From Escherichia phage JMPW2, in the sequence record NC_041873.1: 50,298 nucleotides of DNA; one strand, given 5' to 3'. Made by a program: the position numbers and the translations under genes. This document shows, piece after piece, positions 7,566-17,440 of this stretch. Below the pieces are notes generated by a model. That model saw nothing but the letters and a program-made list of their open reading frames with translations. It ran no database searches and was not told where the DNA came from. Position 1 is the first letter of the stretch. The number at the start of each line of letters is the position of its first letter.

Positions 7566-7775
7566 ATGATGGTATCAACTGATAAGTTTTTCACCTGCAC
7601 TAAAACCTCTGAAGTATTCGAGCTTGTTCATACTGATAATGGTGATTTCATGCATGACGGTTGCGACGTTTTTATCGAAGTGAAAGAAAGCGACTATGAT
7701 GACGGAGTTTATTATAACCCGGCAGTGAACACTCAGTTCTTTACACCGATCGAAGAAGAAGGAGAAGAGGCATGA
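7566..7775 (+). CDS. hypothetical acidic protein
   Basis: Track ORF; module and SD upstream. Confidence 0.5.
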   Translation: MMVSTDKFFTCTKTSEVFELVHTDNGDFMHDGCDVFIEVKESDYDDGVYYNPAVNTQFFTPIEEEGEEA

Positions 7776-8116
7776 TTACGATTAACTTGTCAGATAAACA
7801 AGCGCGCGAACTCCTGGATACGATTGGTGAACAGCTTCACGTAAAAGGTGCTGCGGCTGAACTACTTAACCAGATCGAAAGGCAGCTTACCCCAGCATCA
7901 ACCAACCAAGCTGATTTTGCAGCCTGGAAAAGCGAGCGAATCCTGCCAAATATCATCAAGGCATGGAAGCGCAAGCATAAAAAAGAAATCAATGTTGATG
8001 ATTTATTTACCGATGAATTAAGTCCTTCAAAGGTTGCTCAATATCAGTTGCGATACATGGAGTCGGTTTGCAATCAGGTTTTAGGTGTTAATTTTTCATT
8101 TGGGAGAGGTAAATAA
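7772..8116 (+). CDS. hypothetical protein
   Basis: Track ORF; ATGA overlap with upstream gene. Confidence 0.5.
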   Translation: MITINLSDKQARELLDTIGEQLHVKGAAAELLNQIERQLTPASTNQADFAAWKSERILPNIIKAWKRKHKKEINVDDLFTDELSPSKVAQYQLRYMESVCNQVLGVNFSFGRGK

Positions 8117-8346
8117 TGTTCGGTTTAAGTGAGGCAGAATGGAACGTAGTAAAGCGCGCGGCGAAGGAATTAAATAAATTCGTTAGCGGCATGAAGAAGG
8201 AAGATCGTAAAAACGACAAGATCATGATTGACGTGATTTCTACTCACCACAAAAAGGTCGAGCTACTCATCGACCGATACAAGTTTGTCTGGACTGCCGG
8301 GTATATTGCCGGGCGCGTAGGTAACAAAGAAGGGGATTACGAATAA
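8116..8346 (+). CDS. hypothetical protein
   Basis: Track ORF; TAATG overlap. Confidence 0.5.
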   Translation: MFGLSEAEWNVVKRAAKELNKFVSGMKKEDRKNDKIMIDVISTHHKKVELLIDRYKFVWTAGYIAGRVGNKEGDYE

Positions 8347-8549
8347 TGGCTAATTTACCGAAGAAAGGCGATCAGGTTCGATGCTTCACGTCACGCAATA
8401 GCGATGCTTTCTCAGCGGGGTGCTTGTACGATGTTGAAAAGGTAAGTAAAGCAAATAGACTCGTATATGTGTACGGTGACGATGGAAACCTTCATGAAAT
8501 TGATTACCCGCAGGATATGACTAAGGGGCAATTCGAAACTAATGATTGA
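8346..8549 (+). CDS. small-beta-domain family protein
   Basis: Track ORF; shares the K-x-C...G-x-x-Y...D-D-G pattern with 4314, 42818 and 46856 genes. Confidence 0.5.
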   Translation: MANLPKKGDQVRCFTSRNSDAFSAGCLYDVEKVSKANRLVYVYGDDGNLHEIDYPQDMTKGQFETND

Positions 8550-8710
8550 CCTACGTCTCTGAGCGGTGATAGTATTAATCCCGTAGACAAACGAGGCGCA
8601 ATGAAGCGCAACGCGTGAGACGATTCTCACACTTCCAGCTAACAAGCTCGGTTGCATAGTGGTTAAGCAACGCCGCAGACCCGTAAGCGGCAACAATTCA
8701 AGAGGATTGC

Positions 8711-8875
8711 ATGATGCAAAACACCAAAGACGAATCAGTAAAAATTGAAATTAAAGTAACTCGCAACGGTGAAACCACTCGTTATAAAAAACGATTAAAT
8801 CCGGGAGAGGCTGTTATTGGTCGAATTGCTGGCGTTATGATTAAGGCGCAGGAAGATGAAGCGATTCAAGGTTAA
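8711..8875 (+). CDS. hypothetical small protein (54 aa)
   Basis: Hand-translated MMQNTKDESVKIEIKVTRNGETTRYKK...; SD aagagga upstream. Confidence 0.4.
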   Translation: MMQNTKDESVKIEIKVTRNGETTRYKKRLNPGEAVIGRIAGVMIKAQEDEAIQG

Positions 8876-9041
8876 ATTAATTATTCGAAAGATGGGGATG
8901 TTTTGCCAGTCGTGCAAACAATCTTTCGAAACAGAATTATCTGCAACCAGTCAGGCAGAAGCCATCACGAAAGCAAAAAAACTTTCAGGCGCTAACCTTG
9001 ACACTCACAAAATAAACATTGAATTAATCAAGGAGATTTAA
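8856..9041 (+). CDS. hypothetical small protein
   Basis: Track ORF; start uncertain (internal ATGs at 8892/8898). Confidence 0.35.
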   Translation: MKRFKVKLIIRKMGMFCQSCKQSFETELSATSQAEAITKAKKLSGANLDTHKINIELIKEI

Positions 9042-9042
9042 C

Positions 9043-9270
9043 ATGACCATTTTTTTATTGATTATCTCTGGTATCGTTATTTTTGGTGCTGGTTTGTTTG
9101 CTGGCTTCGCACTTGTTGCGGCAGCAATTGCGATGGACGCTAAGGATAAAACTGGTGTATGGCTGACCTACTCACCTAAGAAGGACCAATGGGAGATGAC
9201 TGGCGACCTTGCTCACTGCTACTCTAAAGCTCAGACCCACCCTAAAGGAATTAAGCGACTATTGTCGTGA
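9043..9270 (+). CDS. small membrane protein
   Basis: N-terminal hydrophobic helix IFLLIISGIVIFGAGLFAGFALVAAAIA. Confidence 0.5.
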   Translation: MTIFLLIISGIVIFGAGLFAGFALVAAAIAMDAKDKTGVWLTYSPKKDQWEMTGDLAHCYSKAQTHPKGIKRLLS

Positions 9271-9280
9271 TAAACACTAA

Positions 9281-9301
9281 CCCGCTTCGGCGGGTTTTTT
9301 T
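9281..9301 (+). terminator. rho-independent terminator
   Basis: cccgcttcggcggg hairpin plus T7 run. Confidence 0.7.
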
Positions 9302-9319
9302 ATGCCTGCAATATGGTAA

Positions 9320-9339
9320 AATAGCACTAAATGTTAAAC
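9320..9339 (+). promoter_or_regulatory. palindromic box variant upstream of terminase small subunit
   Basis: aatagcactaaatgttaaac. Confidence 0.45.
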
Positions 9340-9354
9340 AAAGAGGATGGATTT

Positions 9355-9879
9355 ATGAGTGAACCTAAGAACGCTCCCGTAGTCCAGGGAGGTAATTTCA
9401 AAGAGCTATACAAGAAAAAGTTTGGCACTGTACTCGCGAAAAACCGGGCGATGACGCCAGAGCAACTATTCGATCTGTCAGTGAAGTATTTCGAATGGGC
9501 CGAGGACAACGCAATCAAGGCGTCAGAATCAGCCAGCTTTCAGGGTGGCGTTTATGAATCGCTTGTCCATAAGCCGCGCGTCTTCACCTGGACCGGATAC
9601 CGACTATTCATAGGAGCAAGCGAGGCCGCAATCATTAAGTGGAAGCGAGAGGAAGAATACAGTGAGGTTATGGAGTTCGTGGAATCCGTAATCAACGAGC
9701 AAAAATTTCAGCTTGCCGCCAACGGTGTTATTAATGCCTCCTTTATCGGTAAGGATCTCGGAATCGATAAGCCAGCATCAATCAATATCGAAAACTCGTC
9801 AGCTTCCGCATCGACAGTAGTTGCCACTACTGAGGATGCAATGAAAGAGGCAGTAAACAGCATTCTTGATATGCTTTAA
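9355..9879 (+). CDS. terminase small subunit (by position)
   Basis: Immediately upstream of large terminase; ATG 9355 with SD aagagga; track start 9331 lies inside the box. Confidence 0.5.
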   Translation: MSEPKNAPVVQGGNFKELYKKKFGTVLAKNRAMTPEQLFDLSVKYFEWAEDNAIKASESASFQGGVYESLVHKPRVFTWTGYRLFIGASEAAIIKWKREEEYSEVMEFVESVINEQKFQLAANGVINASFIGKDLGIDKPASINIENSSASASTVVATTEDAMKEAVNSILDML

Positions 9880-9918
9880 CGTTAGGGGCGCGCGAGCGCC
9901 CACATGGGAGACTTAATC

Positions 9919-11487
9919 ATGATTCAATGGGAAGACCTTAACGCAACGCAGAAGTTAGCGATCAAGAAAATGAGCGAGGCCAATTTCGAAAAAATGATTC
10001 GGATCTGGTTCCAGCTTATGCAGGCGCAGCAGTTCCAGCCTAACTGGCATCACCTTTACCTATGTCACGAAGTGGAGGAAATTATTGCAGGGCGGCGAGG
10101 GAATACAATCTTTAACGTCACACCAGGTTCCGGTAAAACTGAAGTGTTCTCAATTCACCTTCCGGTGTACGCAATGCTCAAGTGTAAGAAGGTGCGAAAC
10201 CTTAACGTGTCGTTTGCTGACAGCCTGGTTAAGCGTAACAGTAAGCGCGTCCGTGAGATTATCAGCAGCAACGAATTTCAAGAGTTATGGCCTTGCAAGT
10301 TCGGCACATCGAAAGATGAGGAGATGCAGGTTCTTAACGAAGATGGAAAGGTTTGGTTTGAGTTGATATCCGCAGCGGCTGGCGGTCGTATTACTGGTTC
10401 GCGTGGTGGCTACATGACGCCGGGATTCTCAGGTATGGTAATGCTCGACGATATCGACAAGCCTGATGATATGTTCTCAAAGGTTAAGCGTGAGCGTACG
10501 CACATGCTATTGAAAAACACCATCCGTTCCCGTCGTATGCATAACGAGACGCCTATTATTGCAATTCAGCAACGACTACATGCTCAGGATTCAACCTGGT
10601 TCATGATGAATGGCGGGATGGGCATTGAGTTTGACCAAATCTCAATACCGGCGCTGGTGACGGAAGAATACGGAAAGACACTTCCTGATTGGTTGCAGCC
10701 TTACTTTGAGCGTGATGTTTTATCGTCTGAGTATGTAGAATTGGATGGCGTTAAGCATTACTCTTTTTGGCCCAGCAAGGAAAGCGTTCACGACCTGTTG
10801 GCGTTACGAGAAGCAGATCAGTATACCTTTGATTCTCAGTATCAGCAGAAACCGATCGCGCTGGGTGGCTCCGTGTTTAACTCGGAGTGGTGGACTTATT
10901 ACGGCAGCAGTCTTGATGCTGACGAGCCAGATCCGGGTAAATATGATTACCGATTCATCACTGCCGATACCGCTCAGAAGACAGGCGAGCTAAACGACTA
11001 CACGGTATTTTGTTTGTGGGGCAAGAAGAATGATAAGGTTTACTTTATCGACGGCATTCGCGGAAAGTGGGAAGCGCCGGATATGGAGAGGCAATTTACA
11101 GCTTTCGTCAATCAGGCATGGAGGCACAATAAATCAATGGGGGTACTTCGTAAAATCTATGTGGAAGATAAGGCGAGCGGTACTGGCTTAATCCAGAACC
11201 TAAGGAAAAAGACTCCGATATCCATCACTCCATTGCAGCGTAACAAAGACAAAGTTACCCGAGCTATGGATGCTCAGCCAGTTATTAAAGCCGGGCGTGT
11301 GGTTCTGCCAGAAGAGCACCCTATGCTTGCTGAAATTATCGCTGAGCACAGCGCCTTTACTTACGATGACACCCACCCGCATGATGATATCGTCGATAAC
11401 TTCATGGATGCGGCGAACATCGAATTGCTGACCATTGATGATCCTATCGAGAGAATGAAGCGACTCGCTGGGATGGTTAAGCGGTAA
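9919..11487 (+). CDS. terminase large subunit
   Basis: About 520 aa; Walker-like TPGSGKT; nuclease-like acidic C-terminal half; ATG 9919 with SD gggag. Confidence 0.8.
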   Translation: MIQWEDLNATQKLAIKKMSEANFEKMIRIWFQLMQAQQFQPNWHHLYLCHEVEEIIAGRRGNTIFNVTPGSGKTEVFSIHLPVYAMLKCKKVRNLNVSFADSLVKRNSKRVREIISSNEFQELWPCKFGTSKDEEMQVLNEDGKVWFELISAAAGGRITGSRGGYMTPGFSGMVMLDDIDKPDDMFSKVKRERTHMLLKNTIRSRRMHNETPIIAIQQRLHAQDSTWFMMNGGMGIEFDQISIPALVTEEYGKTLPDWLQPYFERDVLSSEYVELDGVKHYSFWPSKESVHDLLALREADQYTFDSQYQQKPIALGGSVFNSEWWTYYGSSLDADEPDPGKYDYRFITADTAQKTGELNDYTVFCLWGKKNDKVYFIDGIRGKWEAPDMERQFTAFVNQAWRHNKSMGVLRKIYVEDKASGTGLIQNLRKKTPISITPLQRNKDKVTRAMDAQPVIKAGRVVLPEEHPMLAEIIAEHSAFTYDDTHPHDDIVDNFMDAANIELLTIDDPIERMKRLAGMVKR

Positions 11488-11541
11488 TAAATGAGATATA
11501 ATCAGGGCTGTCAATTGACGGCCCTTTTTATTGGAGGAAAC

Positions 11542-12825
11542 ATGAAAATTGTTAAGCATGATGGATATAACGATATCTTTAACGGCGGCGCGGACGGATC
11601 GCCTAAGCCATTCTTTATGTCTGATGCATCATATCACGTCGGTTCTTTCTACAACGACAACGCAACCGCGAAGCGAATTGTGGATGTTATCCCGGAAGAG
11701 ATGGTGACGGCTGGTTTTAAAATGTCAGGCGTTAAGGATGAAAAAGAGTTCAAGTCTTTATGGGATAGCTACAAACTTGATTCAAGTCTGGTGGATCTTC
11801 TTTGTTGGGCGAGACTTTACGGTGGCGCGGCTATGGTGGCAATCATCAACGACAACCGGATGTTAACCAGTCAGGCAAGGCCTGGAGCTAAACTTGAAGG
11901 CGTCCGAGTTTACGATCGATTCGCTATCACTGTTGAAAAGCGAGTCACCAATGCAAGATCCCCTCGCTATGGTGAGCCTGAAATTTACAAGGTATCACCT
12001 GGCGACAATATGCAGACGTATCTGATTCATCACTCAAGAGTCTTTATTGCTGATGGTGAGCGAGTAACGCAACAGGCAAGAAAGCAGAATCAAGGATGGG
12101 GAGCTTCGGTATTGAACAAGTCACTGATTGATGCAATCTGTGATTATGATTACTGTGAATCTCTTGCTACTCAGATCTTGCGACGTAAGCAACAGGCTGT
12201 ATGGAAGGTCAAAGGTCTTGCCGAAATGTGTGATGATGATGATGCTCAGTATGCCGCGCGCCTGCGACTTGCTCAGGTTGATGATAACTCCGGCGTAGGT
12301 CGTGCGATCGGTATCGATGCTGAGACTGAGGAATATGACGTTCTCAACTCTGATATCAGCGGAGTTCCTGAGTTCTTATCAAGCAAGATGGACCGCATCG
12401 TCTCACTATCCGGGATTCATGAGATTATCATTAAGAATAAGAACGTAGGCGGCGTGTCAGCGAGTCAAAACACAGCGCTTGAGACTTTCTATAAGCTAGT
12501 CGACCGCAAGCGTGAGGAAGACTACAGGCCGCTTCTTGAGTTCTTGTTGCCGTTCATTGTTGATGAGGAAGAGTGGTCGATCGAGTTTGAACCTTTGTCT
12601 GTTCCGAGTAAGAAAGAGGAATCGGAGATCACGAAGAATAACGTTGAGTCAGTCACGAAGGCTATCACTGAGCAAATCATAGATCTGGAAGAAGCTCGCG
12701 ACACGCTGCGATCCATTGCCCCTGAGTTCAAACTCAAGGATGGTAATAACATCAACATTCGCGAACCGGAAGAAACAACCGAACCGGAACCGGGATTATG
12801 GGAGAAGTTAGAATATGAAAATTAA
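11542..12825 (+). CDS. portal protein
   Basis: About 430 aa directly after terminase; acidic C-terminus; SD ggagga. Confidence 0.75.
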   Translation: MKIVKHDGYNDIFNGGADGSPKPFFMSDASYHVGSFYNDNATAKRIVDVIPEEMVTAGFKMSGVKDEKEFKSLWDSYKLDSSLVDLLCWARLYGGAAMVAIINDNRMLTSQARPGAKLEGVRVYDRFAITVEKRVTNARSPRYGEPEIYKVSPGDNMQTYLIHHSRVFIADGERVTQQARKQNQGWGASVLNKSLIDAICDYDYCESLATQILRRKQQAVWKVKGLAEMCDDDDAQYAARLRLAQVDDNSGVGRAIGIDAETEEYDVLNSDISGVPEFLSSKMDRIVSLSGIHEIIIKNKNVGGVSASQNTALETFYKLVDRKREEDYRPLLEFLLPFIVDEEEWSIEFEPLSVPSKKEESEITKNNVESVTKAITEQIIDLEEARDTLRSIAPEFKLKDGNNINIREPEETTEPEPGLWEKLEYEN

Positions 12826-13576
12826 TGGCGTTGCAACACAGTGGCGCTATCCTGAAATGAGCGAGCGCGCAATGTCGCGCTCCCTACAGGATGTTGCAGC
12901 CAAACTAACTGAAAAAATGCGTGACGAATTAAAACCGATGAAATTTGACGCTACCGACGAAGAGATAGATCAGACAGAAAGGTCATTGCTTGATTACGTT
13001 GAATCACTCATCACTCCGATTATTGGTTCTCTATCATCCGTTGCGCTCACGATCTATAAATTCAACTCTAAGCAGTGGCTGCGTATCGCTCGCAATGCTG
13101 GAGGTAAGAAGAATCAAGCCGTTATGCTACTTGCCCTGATTGGTCCTACCGCTGCTGAAAGCTGGTACTCAGGACAATATAATCTGTGGCGATCGCAGGT
13201 GACTACTTCTATCAGGAAATTTGCCGCCAACATGGTTACTGATTTCACTGATAAACTTCGTGCGGCATCCGGTCAGGGTAAAAGCAAGGATTTTGTTGTT
13301 GAACTTGCTAAGGAGCGATTTGGTATTTACCGTAGCTGGGCCAAAAATAGAGCGTCGGGAATTGTCGGAGCCTGGAACAGTAGACTGATGCGGCAGCGCA
13401 TAAAAGACGCTGGTGTATCTTACTATTTCTGGCGCGGGGTGATGGATTTACGCGAACGTGAAAAACATGTAAGATGGGAAGGTAAGCGCATAGCGGTAGA
13501 TTCCGATCACGTATTCCCGGGTGAAGAATACAACTGCCGCTGTTGGGCTGTTCCAGACTTTTCTACAGGAGATTAA
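12815..13576 (+). CDS. head morphogenesis / minor head protein
   Basis: Position after portal; overlapping start. Confidence 0.55.
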   Translation: MKINGVATQWRYPEMSERAMSRSLQDVAAKLTEKMRDELKPMKFDATDEEIDQTERSLLDYVESLITPIIGSLSSVALTIYKFNSKQWLRIARNAGGKKNQAVMLLALIGPTAAESWYSGQYNLWRSQVTTSIRKFAANMVTDFTDKLRAASGQGKSKDFVVELAKERFGIYRSWAKNRASGIVGAWNSRLMRQRIKDAGVSYYFWRGVMDLREREKHVRWEGKRIAVDSDHVFPGEEYNCRCWAVPDFSTGD

Positions 13577-13578
13577 AA

Positions 13579-14691
13579 ATGAAGGCAAAGCAAAGATTCG
13601 ATTCAGTAAAAATCAAGGCTCACTTTGATGATAACGGTTTTTTAGTTGACCGCCCAATCGTGGCGCGAATCGGCGCTCAGGTTTACAAAACGCCGCACGG
13701 CGATCGAGTTGAGTTCCGTCCGGCGTCCGAAGTTTTCAAGCAAGATTCCTTGCAAAGTTTTGCAGGCAAGCCGATAACAGTCGGTCACGTAACGGTGACA
13801 CCCCAAAATGCTAAGGACGTTGTTGTCGGATCGTGTGCTGGCGCTGGTATTGCTTCAGGGGTTGGCGTTGAAGTTCCTTTGAGTATTTACAGCGACTACG
13901 CGATCAGCAAAGCTAAAGCGAAGGAGGCCGGGGAATTATCTGTAGGGTATACGTCGGTAGATATTGATAAGCCCGGCTGGGGTTCAAATGAGACTGGAGA
14001 ATATATCTTCGAAGAGGATATGAAACAGGACGAAGCGCCGCCTGAAGGTTGGGTGAAATTCGACGCGGTACAAACTAATATCAAGGTCAACCATATTGCC
14101 CTAGTTTTTAAAGGTCGTGCGGGAATTGCTAAATTAAATCTTGATGCCGAACAGGAGTTCCCGTATGATAATAACGTTCAATTAACTAACGAGGACAAGC
14201 AAATGAAAAAAATTAAGATCGACTCAGTTGATGTGGAAGTAACCGAAGACGTTGCGAACCATATCGAAAAATTAACCGCGCAGATTGCCACCATTCAGGG
14301 GAAAGCTGATGGCTTCGAAGCTGAGCGCGATGCGCTGAAGGTTAAGGTTGACTCTCTGCCGGAACTTGTGAAGGCCGAGGTAGAGAAGCAAAAAGCCGAT
14401 GCCGCCGCACGCGCAGAAGTTACCGCAGTAGCAGAAACCGCAGGCGTCAAACATGATGGTCTTGATATCAAAGACGTCAAGATTGCCGTAGTTAAAGCCA
14501 TGCTTGATAAAGATGTTAGTGAAAAATCAGACGCATATATCGACGCTATGTTTGATGTTGCTAAAGATTCTGATATCATGGCTATTCAGCGTAAAGCAGT
14601 AAAAGGCGACTCTATCGAAGGCGGTAAGCCGGAAGAGAAAAACGACGCCGCGCCTGTTACGCCAAATTCACGTTTAAGCAAAGTAATGTAA
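13579..14691 (+). CDS. prohead scaffold/protease-like protein
   Basis: Position between portal module and capsid genes; C-terminal coiled-coil-like charged region. Confidence 0.5.
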   Translation: MKAKQRFDSVKIKAHFDDNGFLVDRPIVARIGAQVYKTPHGDRVEFRPASEVFKQDSLQSFAGKPITVGHVTVTPQNAKDVVVGSCAGAGIASGVGVEVPLSIYSDYAISKAKAKEAGELSVGYTSVDIDKPGWGSNETGEYIFEEDMKQDEAPPEGWVKFDAVQTNIKVNHIALVFKGRAGIAKLNLDAEQEFPYDNNVQLTNEDKQMKKIKIDSVDVEVTEDVANHIEKLTAQIATIQGKADGFEAERDALKVKVDSLPELVKAEVEKQKADAAARAEVTAVAETAGVKHDGLDIKDVKIAVVKAMLDKDVSEKSDAYIDAMFDVAKDSDIMAIQRKAVKGDSIEGGKPEEKNDAAPVTPNSRLSKVM

Positions 14692-14702
14692 GGGGAAATA
14701 TC

Positions 14703-15179
14703 ATGGCACAAATTAATGCATCTTATCAGCGAGATATGGCGATTGCGCTTCCGGGTATGGTTGCGGATACTTCAAAGTACAATATTGACGGCGCTTGTGT
14801 CGTTAATGAAGGTGATGTTCTTGTTGGCGCTGCCGTACAAGTTGTTCAAGCTCAGGCGGTTGATGGTCATAAGTTGGTTAAGGCTCTTACTACCGGAACC
14901 ACTCCTTACGGCGTGGCAATCCGATCTCACTGGCAGACTGTTAACGCTCAAAATCAGATGATTTACGAAGATGGCGGCGCTATCAACGTGATGACTTCAG
15001 GCCGAGTATGGATGCTTTCCAAATCCACCGAAGCACCAACTTTCGGCTCTGCCGTTAAACTTGATGTTGATGGTCAGGAAAAATCTGATGGCACGATCGA
15101 AACAACCTGGACCTACGCTGGCGGTTGGACTAAATACAAAGATATTCAGCTTGTTGAGGTTCAGTTGCATCAACTGTAA
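14703..15179 (+). CDS. capsid accessory/decoration-like protein (paralog A)
   Basis: Shares NIDGACV, TPYG, SGRVW blocks with 15242..16009. Confidence 0.5.
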   Translation: MAQINASYQRDMAIALPGMVADTSKYNIDGACVVNEGDVLVGAAVQVVQAQAVDGHKLVKALTTGTTPYGVAIRSHWQTVNAQNQMIYEDGGAINVMTSGRVWMLSKSTEAPTFGSAVKLDVDGQEKSDGTIETTWTYAGGWTKYKDIQLVEVQLHQL

Positions 15180-15194
15180 TTAGCGTTTAATATG

Positions 15195-15227
15195 GGGACT
15201 ATCTTTTTTTTGGATAGTCCTTTTTTT
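15195..15227 (+). terminator. rho-independent terminator
   Basis: ggactatc / gatagtcc stem flanked by T runs. Confidence 0.6.
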
Positions 15228-15241
15228 ATGGAGAAATCATT

Positions 15242-16009
15242 ATGGCTTACGAAAATTTGTTCTTGCGCCCCGCGTGTCCGGGAAATATTTCTGATACTTC
15301 AACCTACAATATTGATGGAGCTTGTGTGGCTCAAGGTGACATTGGGTTCGGCTCAGCGGTTCAGGTTGTAGGCATCGTTGACGGTGTAAAAGTTGTGGCG
15401 GCGCTTCCTGATGGTGGAACTCCTTACGGTATCGCTTTCCGTTCCCAATATGAACACCTGAGCGGTAAAATCCTTGACGGTGAAGTGTGCAACGTCGTTT
15501 CTCACGGTCGCGTATGGACTCTTACTTCTCTTGGTGAGGCTCCCAGCTTGTTCTCAAAGTTACAGTTTGGGTCTGGTGGAGTTGTTACTGGTGGATCTGG
15601 TTCCGCAGGTTGGACATTTGCGGGTGGCTTTGTTAAGCATGAAGATGGCTACATCATTGAGGTTCAGGTGAAACAAAATGCTTTCATCGCTCCACCGCCA
15701 CCGCCCCCTGTCGTTCTTGTTGAATCTGCTACAATCGCCACTGACAAGGAAAGCCCTCAACCAAACAATGTTACGATCCAGTGTGTAGCTAATGCTCTTC
15801 CGGATAATGCAACCGATAAGACTGGTAAATGGTCAATCGACGCTACCAATATCGCCACTGTCGATCCGGACTCAGGTCTTGTAACTCCTGTTGGTGGAGA
15901 GGTAGTCGGTGATTTCAATATTACCTGGACGGCTAACGATGCCAGCAAGACGACGGCAACTATTGCTTATCGCGTAGAAGCAGTGCCAACGCCAGAGGTT
16001 GATGCATAA
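15242..16009 (+). CDS. capsid accessory/decoration-like protein (paralog B) with polyproline linker and Ig-like C-terminus
   Basis: Paralog of 14703; PPPPPPP linker then beta-rich domain. Confidence 0.5.
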   Translation: MAYENLFLRPACPGNISDTSTYNIDGACVAQGDIGFGSAVQVVGIVDGVKVVAALPDGGTPYGIAFRSQYEHLSGKILDGEVCNVVSHGRVWTLTSLGEAPSLFSKLQFGSGGVVTGGSGSAGWTFAGGFVKHEDGYIIEVQVKQNAFIAPPPPPPVVLVESATIATDKESPQPNNVTIQCVANALPDNATDKTGKWSIDATNIATVDPDSGLVTPVGGEVVGDFNITWTANDASKTTATIAYRVEAVPTPEVDA

Positions 16010-16029
16010 CATAAAAACACTTTGACGCT

Positions 16030-16046
16030 TTAACAAAAAGTGCTAT
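16030..16046 (-). promoter_or_regulatory. palindromic box upstream of major capsid gene
   Basis: ttaacaaaaagtgctat followed by hairpin with CATAAT loop. Confidence 0.5.
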
Positions 16047-16053
16047 TATTGAA

Positions 16054-16080
16054 GCCGTGAACATAATCACGGCTTTTTTA
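16054..16080 (+). terminator. rho-independent terminator / stem-loop
   Basis: gccgtga...tcacggc stem plus T6; loop contains CATAAT. Confidence 0.6.
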
Positions 16081-16100
16081 TTAACTACGGAGAAGTAATA

Positions 16101-17060
16101 ATGACTACTAAAAAATTTGATGAAGCAGATAAAAGCAATGTTGAAATGTATCTGATCCAGGCTGGCGTAAAACAGGATGCAGCCGCAACGATGGGTATCT
16201 GGACCGCTCAGGAACTACACCGCATCAAGAGTCAGTCCTATGAAGAAGACTACCCGGTCGGCTCCGCTCTACGAGTATTCCCGGTTACAACCGAACTCTC
16301 TCCGACCGACAAGACGTTTGAGTACATGACCTTTGATAAGGTTGGTACTGCTCAGATTATCGCTGACTATACCGATGACCTGCCTCTGGTTGATGCACTT
16401 GGTACTTCTGAATTTGGTAAGGTGTTCCGTTTGGGTAACGCGTATCTGATCTCAATCGACGAAATCAAAGCAGGTCAGGCAACTGGTCGCCCACTGTCAA
16501 CCCGTAAGGCGAGCGCGTGCCAGTTGGCGCATGATCAGCTTGTTAACCGCCTGGTGTTCAAAGGTTCCGCACCGCACAAGATTGTGTCCGTGTTTAACCA
16601 TCCGAACATCACTAAAATTACCTCCGGTAAGTGGATTGATGCATCTACTATGAAGCCGGAAACTGCGGAAGCTGAGCTAACTCAAGCGATCGAAACCATC
16701 GAGACGATTACTCGGGGTCAGCACCGCGCAACCAACATCCTGATCCCGCCTTCCATGCGTAAGGTTTTGGCGATTCGTATGCCTGAGACAACCATGTCTT
16801 ATCTGGACTATTTTAAGTCTCAGAACTCCGGTATCGAAATCGACTCTATCGCAGAGCTTGAGGATATTGACGGCGCAGGCACCAAAGGCGTACTGGTGTA
16901 CGAAAAGAATCCGATGAACATGTCCATCGAGATCCCGGAAGCATTTAATATGCTGCCAGCACAACCGAAAGACTTGCACTTTAAAGTGCCTTGCACTTCT
17001 AAGTGTACTGGTCTTACAATTTATCGCCCGATGACTATTGTCTTAATCACTGGCGTGTAA
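16101..17060 (+). CDS. major capsid protein
   Basis: 319 aa after scaffold-like gene; strong SD; flanked by terminators as expected for a highly expressed gene. Confidence 0.7.
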   Translation: MTTKKFDEADKSNVEMYLIQAGVKQDAAATMGIWTAQELHRIKSQSYEEDYPVGSALRVFPVTTELSPTDKTFEYMTFDKVGTAQIIADYTDDLPLVDALGTSEFGKVFRLGNAYLISIDEIKAGQATGRPLSTRKASACQLAHDQLVNRLVFKGSAPHKIVSVFNHPNITKITSGKWIDASTMKPETAEAELTQAIETIETITRGQHRATNILIPPSMRKVLAIRMPETTMSYLDYFKSQNSGIEIDSIAELEDIDGAGTKGVLVYEKNPMNMSIEIPEAFNMLPAQPKDLHFKVPCTSKCTGLTIYRPMTIVLITGV

Positions 17061-17066
17061 TATTAT

Positions 17067-17095
17067 AGGGGCTAACTTAGTTAGTCCCTTTTTTA
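17067..17095 (+). terminator. rho-independent terminator
   Basis: ggggctaac / gttagtccc stem plus T6. Confidence 0.6.
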
Positions 17096-17109
17096 TTGGA
17101 GAAATCAAA

Positions 17110-17397
17110 ATGGCTAAAGAAAAAACTGTTGTTATCGTAAACGTTGGTGTAGCTCTTCAGATGTTCCGTCTTGAAGATGGTTCCTTTGCTAAAGTTCTTC
17201 CAGATGAAGAGGTCACGCTTCCGGCGTCCGTTCTTGATTTGCCTGGCCTGCGTTGCTTAATTGCTCGCGAAGAAATCGAAGTTAAAGACGACAGTGCAAC
17301 CAACCGCAAAATCCGCGCTGAAATGGCAAAGATCACTAAGCCAGATCCGTGGGATAGCAAAAGCGTTAAAGAGCTTGAGGACGGCGGCGAATATTAA
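17110..17397 (+). CDS. hypothetical structural protein
   Basis: Track ORF; SD ggagaaa. Confidence 0.5.
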   Translation: MAKEKTVVIVNVGVALQMFRLEDGSFAKVLPDEEVTLPASVLDLPGLRCLIAREEIEVKDDSATNRKIRAEMAKITKPDPWDSKSVKELEDGGEY

Positions 17398-17402
17398 TCA
17401 TC

Positions 17403-17430
17403 AAGGCGCTCATGTAGCGCCTTTTTTTAT
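17403..17430 (+). terminator. rho-independent terminator
   Basis: aggcgc / gcgcct stem plus T7. Confidence 0.65.
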
Positions 17431-17440
17431 GGGGGTAATT

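Noticed and set aside
9331-9354. Track start ATG 9331 for the terminase small subunit
   Set aside because: That ATG lies inside the palindromic box; ATG 9355 with SD aagagga is the more plausible start.
10085-10993. Alternative-frame ORFs inside the large terminase gene (10085..10366, 10745..10993)
   Set aside because: Embedded in a long gene with a coherent product; no independent signals.
15680-15710. Polyproline-coding run (ccaccgccaccgccccct) as a repeat element
   Set aside because: It encodes an interdomain PPPPPPP linker in the decoration-like protein, not an independent repeat.
14272-15948. Antisense and alternative-frame ORFs within the scaffold and decoration genes
   Set aside because: Overlap well-supported structural genes; Ala/Ser-rich translations typical of GC-rich antisense noise.
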